A DNA stretch of 58,625 bases, the filler included, from Sphacelaria rigidula (lineage: Eukaryota): the NCBI GenBank assembly GCA_964200075.2. It is 7 parts of 7 records of this genome, joined end to end, with 100 filler letters (N's around TTAATTAATTAA, not from the genome) between each part and the next. Parts side by side here need not be neighbours in the genome. Positions count along the whole stretch, not along the records: positions 33,559 to 41,847 come from CAXNAA020011642.1; positions 41,948 to 50,236 come from CAXNAA020011643.1; 5 more parts are not named here. The stretch is one strand, 5' to 3'. Below the pieces are notes generated by a model. The model searched no databases, was not told where the DNA came from, and saw nothing but the letters and a program-made list of their open reading frames with translations. Of the stretch, positions 36,601 to 49,570 are shown in pieces (the stretch's first letter is position 1; each line of letters begins with the position of its first letter). Both the position numbers and the translations under genes were made by a program.

Positions 36601-39600
36601 GTCAACATCTGAGAAACAAAACACTTGGTGTGACATGTTTCAACATGAAATCACGTCAACAATTGGTCTTGGAAGTATTTCGACCGTTTAGCGCTCGATG
36701 GACGCAATGTTTAAGGTATGCAACGGTACGTTTTATTCCTCTGGACGGCTCCGCTTGAGATAGATCAGCCTATCTTTCCCCCGGCACCCAACTAACATTT
36801 TGGCTTCGCGGATCGAATCAGCACTCAGATACTGCGCCGACTCTCGTCAGGTTTTTCTTGCTACTTGCATTTGCTACTTGTATCCTCACACTCATGATGA
36901 CGGAAAACAGATTCCACTCAAACGAGACTTGTGTCGGCATCCGAATCCGCAGCATTCTACCCCAACCGCCTATCGCTACACCACACATCACACACCACAT
37001 GGACCCACCGGGGCGCGGCGGCTATGGTTGTGCACACCTTTCTTCAGATGATGGCACTTCCATTTCTCTTAGCTGGAAGAACTCCTTCAAGGCCGTCTCA
37101 AGCTGCAGCACCGGAGGAACAGCAGATGTTGTAAGAAAAAGTACTTTGAAGCCAAGGAGTGGGATACAAGAATAATCTGCACCACGCCCGACATTTCATG
37201 CAAGCCCAGACATTGCGGAATCGAGGAGGGGGCGTGTACTCTAAATCCTACTCCGGAGTAGTTATGAAGCTGCCAGATTCAGTCAGTCTACGAGTTTTGA
37301 TGGTCGCGTCATCGGCGTGCGTTGCGCACCACGGCGCGAGTAGCGGAGCACAGTACTGCTGTGCCATGACGGGTTCAGCACGTTACTAAGTAAAGTGCAG
37401 AACATTACTGGTGATGGTATTGACCGGGTTGTCATCGATTAGTTCGGGAGTGCCACTGAATGTCACTCACGATCATCTTCAGGGTGCAGGCAGGTCCGAA
37501 AAGGGGAACACAGAGGCAGCAGAATTTTCCTCGAAGCCGAAGAGAGACGACTAACATGCGGTCAAGGATACAGCAAGGGCGGCTCTTGGCGTTAACAGAG
37601 AAACAAATTTGCGCGGCAAATAACCGGTTCTGCTGGCTCTATCACGTCTGCGGGCTTCACGTCCAAATTTTGAAAACCTTCGCGGCGAAGAGGCTGACTA
37701 GATCGCCCTTTGCCGTTTGCGGAGTTTGCCTCATAGTAGCCAGGCAAGATTCAAAATCCGGTCTCATTGTTCCTGGCCACGTTCAGACACTCCTCAGTTT
37801 CACGTAAACTTGTGGGGGAAGACAAACAATTTCAGGTGCACCCGCGGCGTATTGGCGATGCTCAGGTATTTCACCCTCTCGTTCAATAAGATGGTATTTG
37901 GAGCATGTTCATGATGCTGCGGAGCTGCACCTGAAAACATCCGAAATTGCCCACGTTTAACTGAGCGTGCTGTGAAGAAAAGCCAACTTTTGGGCAGTAT
38001 CTAATCGAAAACGAATAATGGTTCTTCTCAATCCGCTGGCTAGCCAGAATTGTGCTCACAACAACCAGTTTGAGTGTTATCGAAAACCCTTTTATATTAC
38101 CAAGATAGAAGTCCAGATCTGCACACAGGTTCGATAATGCTGTGCTCCTCGCAGTGGTCGTTGATCCGACATCTCTATACTCGTGCAAAGAAGCCGCGAC
38201 AAGCCAACACAACGCCTATACACCGAGCTCCGCAAAAATGCGCACACCCACCGCTCACGCGCATTAGCTCCGGCGCTAGCTCTTGCTATTATAATCTAAT
38301 TACACACTCGCGGTGTTCGACGGGAATCCGTTTAGCATGGGATGAAGGATGGCCGCGTGCGCGTCATTTAACAAGTAAAAGCCTGCCGTTTCTGACTCTG
38401 TGTGCGTGTTTTGGGCACGCGTCTCACACAAAATCACGGTTTCTCATGCATTCTGAACATATTCGACCAAGGCCACGCGCATGATCAGCTGATGAGCAGC
38501 CACGGCTCGAGCTTCCTTTTTTTGGGCCGCGGGGGCATTTAGCTCCTCGGTTTCACGTCTATAATAGTTGTGTTGTGTTGTGTTGCATGTCACACCTTTG
38601 CATGTGCCCCTGCCAAAGGTCCATTTATGTTCCCTTCAAGCTAAAATCAAAATAATTTTTGAGGCAACGATTTGGGGGGAATATTTTCAGGGGTTGTATC
38701 GCAGCGATATCACAGAACGTTTACAAGTAGGACGTCAAGAAAAAATCGCTTGTAACCAGTGACCCTTGACCGCTGGAGGTGGTGCATTTGTGATATCGAC
38801 ATCATTTTTTGACAATTCACAAGTGGACCACCTCTTGCGGTCGAAGGGTTAGTCATTAGGCCGCGAAAGTAGTCGATCTGGACCATGCATACTCTTTTCA
38901 AGTGGAACTGACGCCGACCAACAGATGACTAATCTCGCCGTCTAAGAATCAAGAAAAAACGTTCATCTATTCAGCGTCCGCAGTCTGCTGCGAGTTCTGA
39001 CAAGTCCCATGGAGGATGGCGCGATGATAAATCGGGAACACCATGGCAGGGCGTCCGGGTGCTGAAACGAGATCGCGTACTTTATTTTTCGTCCAATAGC
39101 ATCGCAGCAGGTTAACACGGTTGATATGTCTAAGAGGGGGGTTTTGATGCAGTCCAGCTTGCGTTTGTCCAACCCTTGTGGCACGCAGGATGGCTGCGCC
39201 CTGTACGCCTTGGTATCCTGCGATAATAGCGTTGCTGTCGACGCTAAATCAGCGGAGATACATACGCGATTGGAAAGCAGCCAGCGGTGGTGTGCGAACA
39301 TCGCAGGAGAGGGTACGAGCTACGACTACTTGCGTGGCGATGGCTTAGCGGGTCTGGAGCCCCTTGTTTGTACATGAAGACGCCTTCTCCTCGGCCAAAC
39401 CAACGATTGCCAATCTCTGCGGAGAAATAAAAAATGCGGCTTGCTGGCTCATGGGCGCTCAAAAAGGGGGCGTGTTTCGATAAGATACGGCCCCCCTTTC
39501 CCGTGCTGTGTACGTGGTTGTTGGTGCACTGGTTGCTACCAAGGTTCAGGTAATAGGACTGCACCGTCAAGCCACATAGCACAGATGTCGGACAGCTGTT

Positions 39601-40069
39601 GAGACAGATGGGCAGAGGGGATTGCGATATTATTAAAAGCTCGCCTTGTGGAGCATGTGCGGCAGTTGCTTGGCTCTCGTCGATGCTCCTGCGAAGTATT
39701 GGAACAAAAATTCATCCCTGTGCTTCGTTGTAGCGCGGCGTTTCACCCAGTTCGATAAAAGCGCGTTCTTTCCGATTCCAGGTTCCCCGACAAGGACCTG
39801 TCTTTCGCAAGTATCGTGCACCAAGGTTCTTCTGCATTGAGAGGGTACACAGTAATTTTGATGCAATTCACATACGAGTGGATCTTTTTCTTAAACATGA
39901 CAGCACCCACCAGAGGGAGTTTGGCGTCCATTTCGATTGTCTCGGCGTGCTTGTCGAGGGTGCTGAAGCTCCGGTCGTCGATTGGCACGTACACATGTTC
40001 GCTACTCCTGCTGGCCGCAAAGGCTTCGTGTTCGTCCCTGTACGATGGTTGCGGCTGGAAGGAAGCCAT
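33638..40069 (-). CDS. NACHT/STAND-class P-loop NTPase (nephrocystin-3/TEP1-like NACHT), 5 exons, 3'-partial
   Basis: Exons 39911-40069, 39645-39797, 37038-37102, 34242-34338 and 33638-33780 join in phase. They encode Walker A PLVLVGEPGIGKNALLSNW, Walker B RIVIVVDG and the downstream motif LHWLPTELPAGVRFIVST. Confidence 0.85.
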
Positions 40070-41467
40070 GCTGTCTGTACTTATCTTGCCTAGTAAGGTA
40101 TTACTGATAAAGAAGTCTGGTACAGCCTAGAACAGGCGCTGCGCGGCGACTTCACGACGCCGGCCCAAGGAGGGAAAAAGTGACGGTTTCAATTTGATTA
40201 TTGATCCGAGACGAGGTTCGTACCGGAAGGGCTTAAGTCATCTGACACCATCCAAATATCATTAGCCGTTTTGACAGAACAGACGAGCAGACAACAACAG
40301 TAGTGGAGCAGTGATAACGTAACGAGATGAAGGGAAGTGAAGAGTCACATATGGAACGCCTGAGGCGGAGAGCTGAGATGGAACCTGATGATCAAAGCGA
40401 TGAAGAATCGCAAGCCTCAAGTCAGGATCAACAGGCTCCCGGTAAGCTGCTGATGGTAATGACGAATGGATACCGAATAGGACGGACTACGGTCCTCGGG
40501 TGATGAGTGTTCCACAGTCTATATATTCAAGAAATGACCCTGACATCCCGAAATACAAGCATTCCATTTGCCAAAAGGTATCGACGGGCTGATGGCATTT
40601 GAAATCGACGCAATATTCCAGTAGCATATCGACGAAGTGGAACCTCCCGCGGGGATGGTCGTTATACCTGCGTCGGCACGTCAGCACGGTCATGTCCTGT
40701 CCTTCACTGACTTCAAAACTGTAATGTTGTGTGTTTCTCGCTTTTATACTGTATGAGTCCAAGATCCATACCGACAGCAGTACAGGACTGCGTACAGTAC
40801 TTCTCTTGAAACATAGAGGGGCACGGGCTGATTTTCCCTTGCCGAGGACATAATGCTGTACCGCAGTGTGTGATCACCTATATCCTGTGCTTTGCACAGA
40901 CAATAAAAATGTATATGCCTCCATGATGAAAAGCGGTATAACAATCATCCTGCGGTGCCTTGTGGCACGCACCCCTTGATGATCACTCACCACTGCGTTT
41001 GTGTTATTGTGGTTGAACCTAATTTAGTGTCACGGGTTTCACCACCCCCCAAAGTGGAGCCGGCCCGTGTCCTAACCCTCAGACCGCGATGCGAGTAGTC
41101 AATCTGGATCACACAAAAAATCAAGTGAAATTGATGTCGACGCAACAAATGACCTTCTCTCGAGGTCTAAGGGTTACGGCGTGTCTTGGCACTTTTTTTT
41201 CGATCGAAAAAGTGCGGTCGATTTTTTTATTTCGATCCGATAGGTTCACCGCATTTCTGTTCCTAGAAGCTTCAACTCAACATCGTACTTTGTGGCGCGC
41301 GGAGAAAAACTAAGAAACAACAGAAGAAACGGACTTGCCTTCAGCCCATTCTAACTGACGATATATCGCGAGTTATGCCTAGTGCTGTGACACATTGTGG
41401 TGATCCGCAAATGACCGCGCGTCTTTCAATCCACGTCACACTGATCGATTGATCGATCACCTCAGAT

Positions 41468-41770
41468 TACGAGCTGGGCCAGCCTAGAGGCGGATTTGAA
41501 GTTTGCAGGCCCATGCGCCGGCCAATATTTAGAGTTGGAGTGTAAAATTTGGAATTGACAATGCATAGAGGGTATTAACAAACAAAAAAAGCGTCGGTAC
41601 CAAAAGTTTTTTTCTTCATGAGTTGAGGGCAATAATCAGTCATCAATGAAATGCCCTTGACTCATGAAAAAACAAAAAGCTTTTGGTAACAACGTAATAT
41701 TTTTTTTATGCCCTATGCATTGTCCATACCAATTTTTACGTTCCAACTCTAAATATCGACCGGCGCATCC
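41468..41770 (+). mobile_element. Hairpin element copy 2
   Basis: Arms 41513-41631 and 41652-41768; flank TACGAGCTGGGCCAGCCTAGA...AGTTTGCAGGCCC. Confidence 0.7.
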
Positions 41771-41947
41771 GCCTTTAAAAAAACAGCCGATTCTCGAAAA
41801 TGGGGTTGAAAAAAAAATGAGGTTTAACTCAAAAGTCGTGCTTTCCCNNNNNNNNNNNNNNNNNNNNNNNNNNNNNNNNNNNNNNNNNNNNTTAATTAAT
41901 TAANNNNNNNNNNNNNNNNNNNNNNNNNNNNNNNNNNNNNNNNNNNN

Positions 41948-41988
41948 CACTCATCCCTTTCGAGACGGAGCACCGTTCCTACTCCTAA
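41948..41988 (-). repeat. Short copy of the LINE 3' end
   Basis: CAC.CATCCCTTTCGAGACGGAGCACCGTTCCT.CTCCT matches 18196-18234. Confidence 0.75.
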
Positions 41989-42367
41989 TAGCGAGGAGAG
42001 AAGAGGGGGGGGGAACCAAAACACGGCACGTCGTGGCTGACAGTAGTGCGCAGAGAGGAGCTGCTCAGCCGGCGCTATTGTTCCTCAATGGGGTCTGGCG
42101 CCCGAGGAGTTAAGCTTCGAACGTCAAGCGTCGAACTGATGTGCTTGGTTTGGGTGGAGTGCATAGACACCAAGACAACTCGGCGAAACGACCTCGTGTT
42201 TCGCTCGCACGGGGAAGCTACAAGCTACACTTTCCGCGCGTCACTCCAGACTTCAACAACAGGAACTACACAGCAGAATCTGTTGTTTCTCGCCAGCTAC
42301 TTTTTTCTGCGAGCAGTTCCCCCCCCCGCCCTTCTCTTGCCTTATGGCCACCGCCGCAAGCACTCAC

Positions 42368-45300
42368 ATCTTCATCTGCAGACTCTGCATCGCCCATCAC
42401 TCCACTATCATCACCGCCCAGTCGCTGACCGCCACCGATCGCGCTAGCGCCCTCTCCACCACCAACGCCATCACCCTCTTCCCCACCCGATGGAGCCACA
42501 TGCGCTGTTGCTGTATCCACCACCAATCGGCCGTCATTGCCGTGCGTCTCGTTCACCCCTGATCTGCCCCAGCCTTCGTCTCCCTCGCTTCCTGGATCAT
42601 CGACATCATTGGCAGCGTTCCGGTACGGGTCAGCGGAGACGACCTTCTGGTACGAGTCAGCGGAGACGAGCGCCAGGTCATCGTCATCTTCTCTGCCCTC
42701 TTCCCCTGCGATCATGATTCCACCCTCATTTGCGATGGTTTCCGACAGTTGGGCCCTGCCCCACTCATCGCCCTTGAAGCTCATCCGCCTGGATACCGGC
42801 ATGGACGCGGTCGGGGCAACGGTTGATTGTTGCTGCTGTTCGTGTTCTTCGCTGCCCAACCGCTCGCCCGCGTCCAGCTGCGGCCGGTCAGCAGCGGCGG
42901 CGGGGCTCGCCGTGCTGCTGGTGCCGTTATTCCCCGACTCCACACGGTCAACCCGCAAGTCGTGGCGCGCCCTGACTTCTAAATCATCTCCTGCTGCGAC
43001 TGATCGCATTTTGAAAGACTGGGCAGCAGGCATCTGTTCTTCGTCATGTTGGCGTTGTGCGTCGGCCGCGACGCTTGCAGCGGCGGAAGATGACACGCGA
43101 TCACCGGACAATTCTTGACGCCGTCGAATGGCGTCGAACACGTCACCGTCATCTTCTTCGGAGCTATCATCGTCGGACCACCCGGGGGCAACGTTGGCAG
43201 CGGCGGCGGTCTGTGGTGACGGTCCGGTGATCCAGCCGGGCGGAAGCTTCTTGCGGGGGGCACCGGACGGTGCCGCTGCGGGGGACCCCAGTAGCCTCCC
43301 GATCAGATCGTCCATGAGTTCATCGGTGATGCTGTCCACAAGTTGCTGCTTGTCATAGCGGGGCTTTTGAGCCAAATCAGCGCGATCGTCGGCGGTAAAC
43401 GCAGCGGCGATGGCAGGTCTTCCAAGAAAAGACCCTACACCGTTCGTGCTCCCGTTCATCCCTGTCTTCCGACCGTCCGCACCATCATCGTCATCATCAT
43501 CATCCCATTCCATGCTACCTGCCGAGGACGACAGCACCGAACTATTTTCCAGCGGCACACAAGCGGCGATGTCGTCCGTTGTCTGCCCCGCACATACGTC
43601 CAACCCAACACCATCGTCCCTCGGGCCCTTTCGTCCCGTTTCGTGCTCATCACCGCCTTCGGCGACACCTCCGTCAGCAGCAGCAGGGTCAGAGACAATC
43701 CACAACTCTGTGCTCGACGCCTGGCTGTGGAGGTGTGAGAGCACGTTGTCCTGTGCCGGGGGCTGCGCGGCGTCACTCTCCATGCCATCCACCTCAACGT
43801 TTTCGCTGGCTTGTTGCTCTTCGCTAGGCGACTCGGGCGCCGATACAACCGGACCGCTACCCAAATCCCCCGAGCGATGCAATCCCGAACCCTGTCCACC
43901 CACACCACCATGCCGTCCTGCGTACGACGGAGTGGACGCGGCAGCACCTGTTGAATCTTCAGTGGATGGATGGTCGGCGGCGACGCTAGCGTCAGAGGCA
44001 GCAATTAGAGCAGGGGACGACCCTCCGTCGACGACGTTGCTGCCCGGTGGTACTTCTGCAGCTTCTTCGTAGTCAAAGCCGTCCACAGCAGCAACGGCAA
44101 GAACAGGGGGAGCGACATCGTCAGCGGTTTTCGCAGTTGTTGCGTCTGTGGAAGCCTCACAAGATCCTTCTGCACTTTTCTCGTCTTGTCGGCGTAGGAA
44201 GGCGAAAGAATCGTCGCGTTCGTCATCCGCCCGACACAGGACTTCCTCCTCGACGGACAACGGCACGAGCGGGTCACGGTCGAACTTCGCAGATGTCTTG
44301 TTGTCCTTGATGTGGTGACATTCAGCGCTGCACTCTCGGCTACCATCGACGACGCTTGCTGCAGATCCCGACGGGATTGTTAGCGGTGTCGCCGGGGAGG
44401 CAGCCTGCACCATAACCGCCCTCCCTGTTTCCGTGGTTGGCTTCCCTACCACCACGTCATCCTTCACTTCCCCGTTCTTGTGCGCAGCTGTCACGGCTTG
44501 TCCAGCATCACAGGCAGCAGAAGCAATGGCATCAGTTGTTGCTGGAGTGGTGGTGGAAACGATCTCAAAAGCACCGATGGCACCACCAAGATCAGCATCT
44601 TCGACGTGATCGTATATCTTTTCGTTGAGTGACTGCGAGTGCAGTAGCGTTATCGCATCATCACCCCTCGACCTGACACGCGTTGTGCGTGATGCCAACT
44701 CGGCGTCGTCTTCGCTCAGACGTCGGGTTGTCAACCCTCGCAACTCATCGCGACCGCCCACAGCTTCGGGAATCACAGTAGTACCACGATTCTTCTCCTC
44801 GGCATCATCATTATCGTCAACATCCTCAACAGGCTCGACAAAGTCAAATCTCGTCTCCTCAGAGGGCACCTGCGGCGATACCGTGTTACTCGACGGTGGA
44901 CCGGCCAGGCTCGTCGGCTCCTCCGCCGCCGTACCCACCACACACCCTGCAGAGCCGTCATCGTCATCTTCAGCCTCCACCACCGGATCGAGCATGTGAG
45001 TATCGTTCTCCTCCTCTTCCATTTCCCGTTTTTCATAACCGGATCCCACAGCGCTGCCCGGGGCGCACAACTGTCCACTCTTGAATGCTTCTTGCCGACA
45101 AGACAGCCCTACTCCATCTTCCCTTGTGGAATTTCGTGGCAGGCTGTCGGCAGACTCCACGTAGTCGTGGTCCGCGGGAAATGATCCTGTACGGCCAGCC
45201 CCTTCTGCGGACACCAGTTGTGATGGAGAAAATAGCACCACCGAATCGTCATCCATGCCTTCTGCATCCTCAAGGTACTCGTAGGATGCCAGAAGATTGA

Positions 45301-46468
45301 TACCGCCGGCGGCTGTTCCACCAAGTTGGCGTTGGTTCTTACGGTTCTCAGGGGCCCTCGGTGTCACGAGCGGCGAACCACACGACTCGGGCCACGAGGT
45401 TGTAGGCGTCCGTTCCAATGCAGCCTCATCCGCGCCCCCACGCTCGTGCGTTGTTGTCCTTCCAGCTTCCGTGTAATCCAACACGAGCCGCTGCCATGAC
45501 GGCGTCGAAGAAGGACCACCTTCGTCAGTGGACGGCAAATCACCCCCGACCTCTGCCGCAAGATCCGGTAGCGACGCGACAGGTGAGCCCGGAGAAAACA
45601 ATCGGTTTTCTTCTGCCCACGACGATTCCCCTTCGCCGGCCGCTCCTCTTGTCTCAACTGTCACCGCCACACGACGCTTGACATCGTCGGCCGCCGTGGA
45701 GGGATTGGTCTCGCCGTCCATCTCGAAGGACGCAGCAACATAGTCATCATCATCTTGCTCCTCTACATCATGGTCCACAGCGCCGGCGCGAACCGAGGAA
45801 TCGTCCGTAAGCCCGCCCACGTCGATAGACTTCTCGCCTTCCAACTGACCCGCAGCAGCCGAAGAGGCTGGATCATCCAAGCTCTCGACGGATGGTGCCG
45901 TATATCTTTGGTACTGCTCTGCGGTGCGCACGGGGGATTCAGCCTGCATCACGGATTCAGCAGCGGGCGACAAATCGTTCTCTGCGCCATCGTCGATCTC
46001 AGCGGCAGAAGCAGATGTATCTGTCGTAGCCAGCGGTTGTCGAACGGCCGCCGACGAACCACCGTCTCCAAAACGAGGGGCGAAAAAGCCAGCCCCTTCG
46101 ATCTCATCGCCTCTCTCCTCGGCTACTACTGTGGGAGATACTGCGGGCTCTACATGGTCAAACTCTTCCATGACATCATTTCTCGCCTGCTTTTCACCAT
46201 CACCGCGCAGCGACGCAGAGCGGCCTTTTCGACCGTCAGCTGGTGACAGGGCAGTCTCGACCGTATCGTACTGCTGAAGCGCGGATACGGCTGGTGACAA
46301 ACCCCCATCGGCGTCGTGAAGCACGCTGTCTTGGGGTGAGCCTCCTTCGCTGAGGGTGAGCTTGTAGACGTCCACATCTTCTCGACTTCCTCCAACATGT
46401 TCCTGCTTCGCGGCGTTGTCAGCGGATTCCACCTCCGATTCGGCTGGCATCGGCCACTCTGGCGCCGC
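42368..46468 (-). CDS. Giant exon (4101 nt) of a large acidic, likely disordered protein
   Basis: Within the 1422-codon ORF. Acceptor TTTTTCGCGCAG| and donor |GTGAGT; phase 0 matches the upstream exon. Confidence 0.8.
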
Positions 46469-46746
46469 CTGCGCGAAAAACAAACATGATCCACGAAGAA
46501 GTGAAATCGGCTTCATTGTATGCCTGAAAAGCACGACGGCTCCACCACGACTGTGTACTCACGTCTCTAATATTGCGCAGGTGTTACATGCAATCCTACC
46601 GAACAACTCTGGCATCACCAGGCGCGAACAATCTGCGTAGGTTGTTGCCGAGAACGGTAAAACTACTCAGGCCGACTTGCTGCGGTAACAGCAGGATATC
46701 CCAGCGCCACGGCATACACACGGCGCGGCAACAGTCAAAACCTTAC

Positions 46747-49570
46747 CGGCATAGTCGTATCTTCTGCGCCCTCAGAGCTCGCGAACGAGTCCGACAGGCC
46801 CTCCTCCCTCATTTTCCGCGTCAACCACTCCATATCTCGCACCGGATTACCTGAATCCTGCTCAATTATTTTCTCTCGTGTTCCTGCTTCTCGGACACCG
46901 GGGCCCTCTAGCGACACCTCCTCAGCTGCCCTTCGACCCCGCGCGGCAGCGGCCATCTTTCTTGCCTTGCGTCCTCTCGCAAGCGCCTGAACGATGAGCG
47001 CCCCCCGTGATTCCGCTCCTCGGACGGCAATCTTCGCCACCAGGGCCGCTAACTCCGCTTCGCTGTCCTCTTCCCCTTCTGCGCCACCGCCGTCGCTTCC
47101 ATCGTCAAAGTCATCTCCGCTGCCGAAGGAATCCTCTTCGACATCATCATCAACTGAGGATTTCGTCTCCATGTCGCCGCGTGATGGGCTCGCCACCGAT
47201 GCAACGCCGGCGCTGGCGCTGCAGTCCACGGTGGCCTCCGCGATAGTAGAAAGAGCAAGCCGCCCGTCGGAAGCCTCCATTGAAATCCATTCCGAGAGCG
47301 ATGGGGGCTCCGCAGGTTCGATCGAGGTGTACTCTCCATCCGAGAGCAGATCGCGGGGCGGGATCAGACAAGACTCTGTGGGCGAGCCGTCCAATCTTGA
47401 GCCCAGCGGTTTATCGTCATCTTGGCCGTCTGCGACGAGGGCATGGGCAGCGACGAATGGGTCCACGCCGCCGGTGACAGCAGACGTACGTGAATCTTTG
47501 TTGTCACTGCCGACATTGTCTGAAGACTGGATAACCTCCGATGTCTGTGTCAGAGTCTGTTGGTGCTGCTGGCGGTCAACTTTGAGCGTGTCCGTGGTGG
47601 CATCTTCTGCATTGTCTTCGCGAGCTTCATTATCAACATCGTCGCGGGACACATCTTGCGCTGCGGTAGTGTTTGCCGTACGAACAGCAGCAGCTTGGCG
47701 CATAAGCCGATCGAGCTCCTTCTGTCCATCCTCGAGATTGAGCTCTGCGTTAGGCCATTGTAATTGCTTCGACGGCACGGAAGGCGGTGGCAACTCGACG
47801 GATGTAATCGGCGTTTCTCCAACTCGTGGACGCGACGTAACTGTGTCTGCGTCCCCTTCTACCCAGCACTGGCCGCCTTTAGTATCATGGCGGCGGCACT
47901 CGCCGCCGGACGAGCGAGGCGGTGTGTGCTTCTCAGCGGTGGCCGGCGGTGTCACCAGCGTGGAGTAATCTTTCGTTGCAGTCACGGATCCAACAACTTC
48001 GGCGGCTGTATCATCATCAACATCGACAACTAGTTGAGGAGCGGCCGCCTTGACCTCAAACAAGTCGCTGCCGCACCCCTCATCTCTGTCCACTTCATCA
48101 TCACTGTCTCGTGCAGAGACGCAATCGTCCTCGACATCATCGGTACCATGAGATTGCAAGTCAGTGCCGTCATCAACGGTCACTTGATCGGCCACTTCGT
48201 GAGCCGAAGAAAACTCGTCGTGGACATAAGCATGCAAATCCCCACCCTCCTTGGCATCCCCTGCAGCAGCGTTTTCATCATCTCTCAACGCTCGGGGATC
48301 TGTGGCTTCGGCAATCAGGGACACATCTACCGCCTCAGCATAGTAGCTGTCGGCGTCGACTTCATCGGATACAACGCTGGCGCTGCTGCCCACAAAATCA
48401 CCTTCGCCGACCTGGTCATCTCCGACTACTTCTAAAATTGAACCTTCGCTTCTCCCGCCGCTCTCGAGGTCGTCCATACGCGCGGCCTTGATGTCAGCGA
48501 CACGCGGATGACCGGCGGCCGCGAGCGAAACGACGCTTTCCTGCAGCTCTTCTATCAGTGATGCCTCTAGACGCAACGTCACTTCACCATGATCGCCGTC
48601 CCCATGCATGCTTCCCTCATCGTTAGGACCGTCCTCGCGGCGCTCACGCACTCCAGCAGCCGAAACCAGCAAGCCCGGGGAAGGGGGCTTCGCCGCCGCC
48701 AGGCCTCCCTCATTGCGCTCGTCTTCTGTCCAGTCGTTCGCCTGCAACTGATGAGGGGACTCCGGCGAAACGTTTTCGCCGTCGCCGTCAGAAAATCTAG
48801 AGCCAAACGAGCTGTAGCCCTCTTCCTCCTCGTGTGGCTCTCCTGTGCTACTACAGTGCTTATCAACATCACCATCGAGCTTTCCTTCTACATCATTTGC
48901 GACACCTCTTCCGCCTCTGTTCTCCTCACCCTCCGCCTCCAAATCGCGCAATTGTTGCTGCGTCCGCCGCGAAATGGCCTCCCGTTCCCGCAAAATCTCA
49001 CGACGAACCGCCTCGTACTCCACCGACGCCCTGCCGACGGCGGGGCAGCCTCCTCCGACAGAATCGCTGCTTCGCCGCAACTCCTGTAGTCCTTGACCTC
49101 TGAGGCCTTCCCCCGCCCGGCCCCCAGTCCTCTCTGTCCTTTTCGGAGATGGGCCGAGCGACCGTGATCGTTGTCGGCGACCCGCCGGCACCGAGCCTGC
49201 CACCGCCGTCGAGCCAAAGCCGCCATACGAGTGTCGACGTTTGCTGAGAGATTGCTCTCGTGCCACGCCGAAGCTGATCCCACTGCCATTCCGCCCCCGT
49301 CCCGAATCACCGCGGTTGGGGCTGAAGTCGGGGCGCGGCGCTTCACCACGGCGAGATCGATGCTGCTGTCGTCGGTCAGTTTTCTGTGGCTTTCGCCTTT
49401 TGTCGGGCGACGCGACCCAAAAGCCTGATCGACCATGCCCGGAAAGGGGTGGAGTGTGTCCGAGGGACCCTTGGATAAGAAGAGGTGAGCTGTCAAGGAG
49501 GCTGTCGAAGTCGTTTCCTGGCTTGCGTGGAGCGGTGGTAGCCCTTCCTGTGCTCGTTTCCTGGCCGATT
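46747..49570 (-). CDS. Giant exon (~2.8 kb) of the same gene, with an IQ-like calmodulin-binding motif
   Basis: Within the 1000-codon ORF. Donor CCG|GTAAGG; motif ALIVQALARGRKARK. The acceptor is at 49570 or 49560. Confidence 0.8.

Noticed and set aside
40985..41095. Possible third tRNA-derived SINE head on the minus strand (CGGTCTGAGGGTTAGGA)
   Set aside because: Only a weak A-box; no convincing B-box, tail or TSD.
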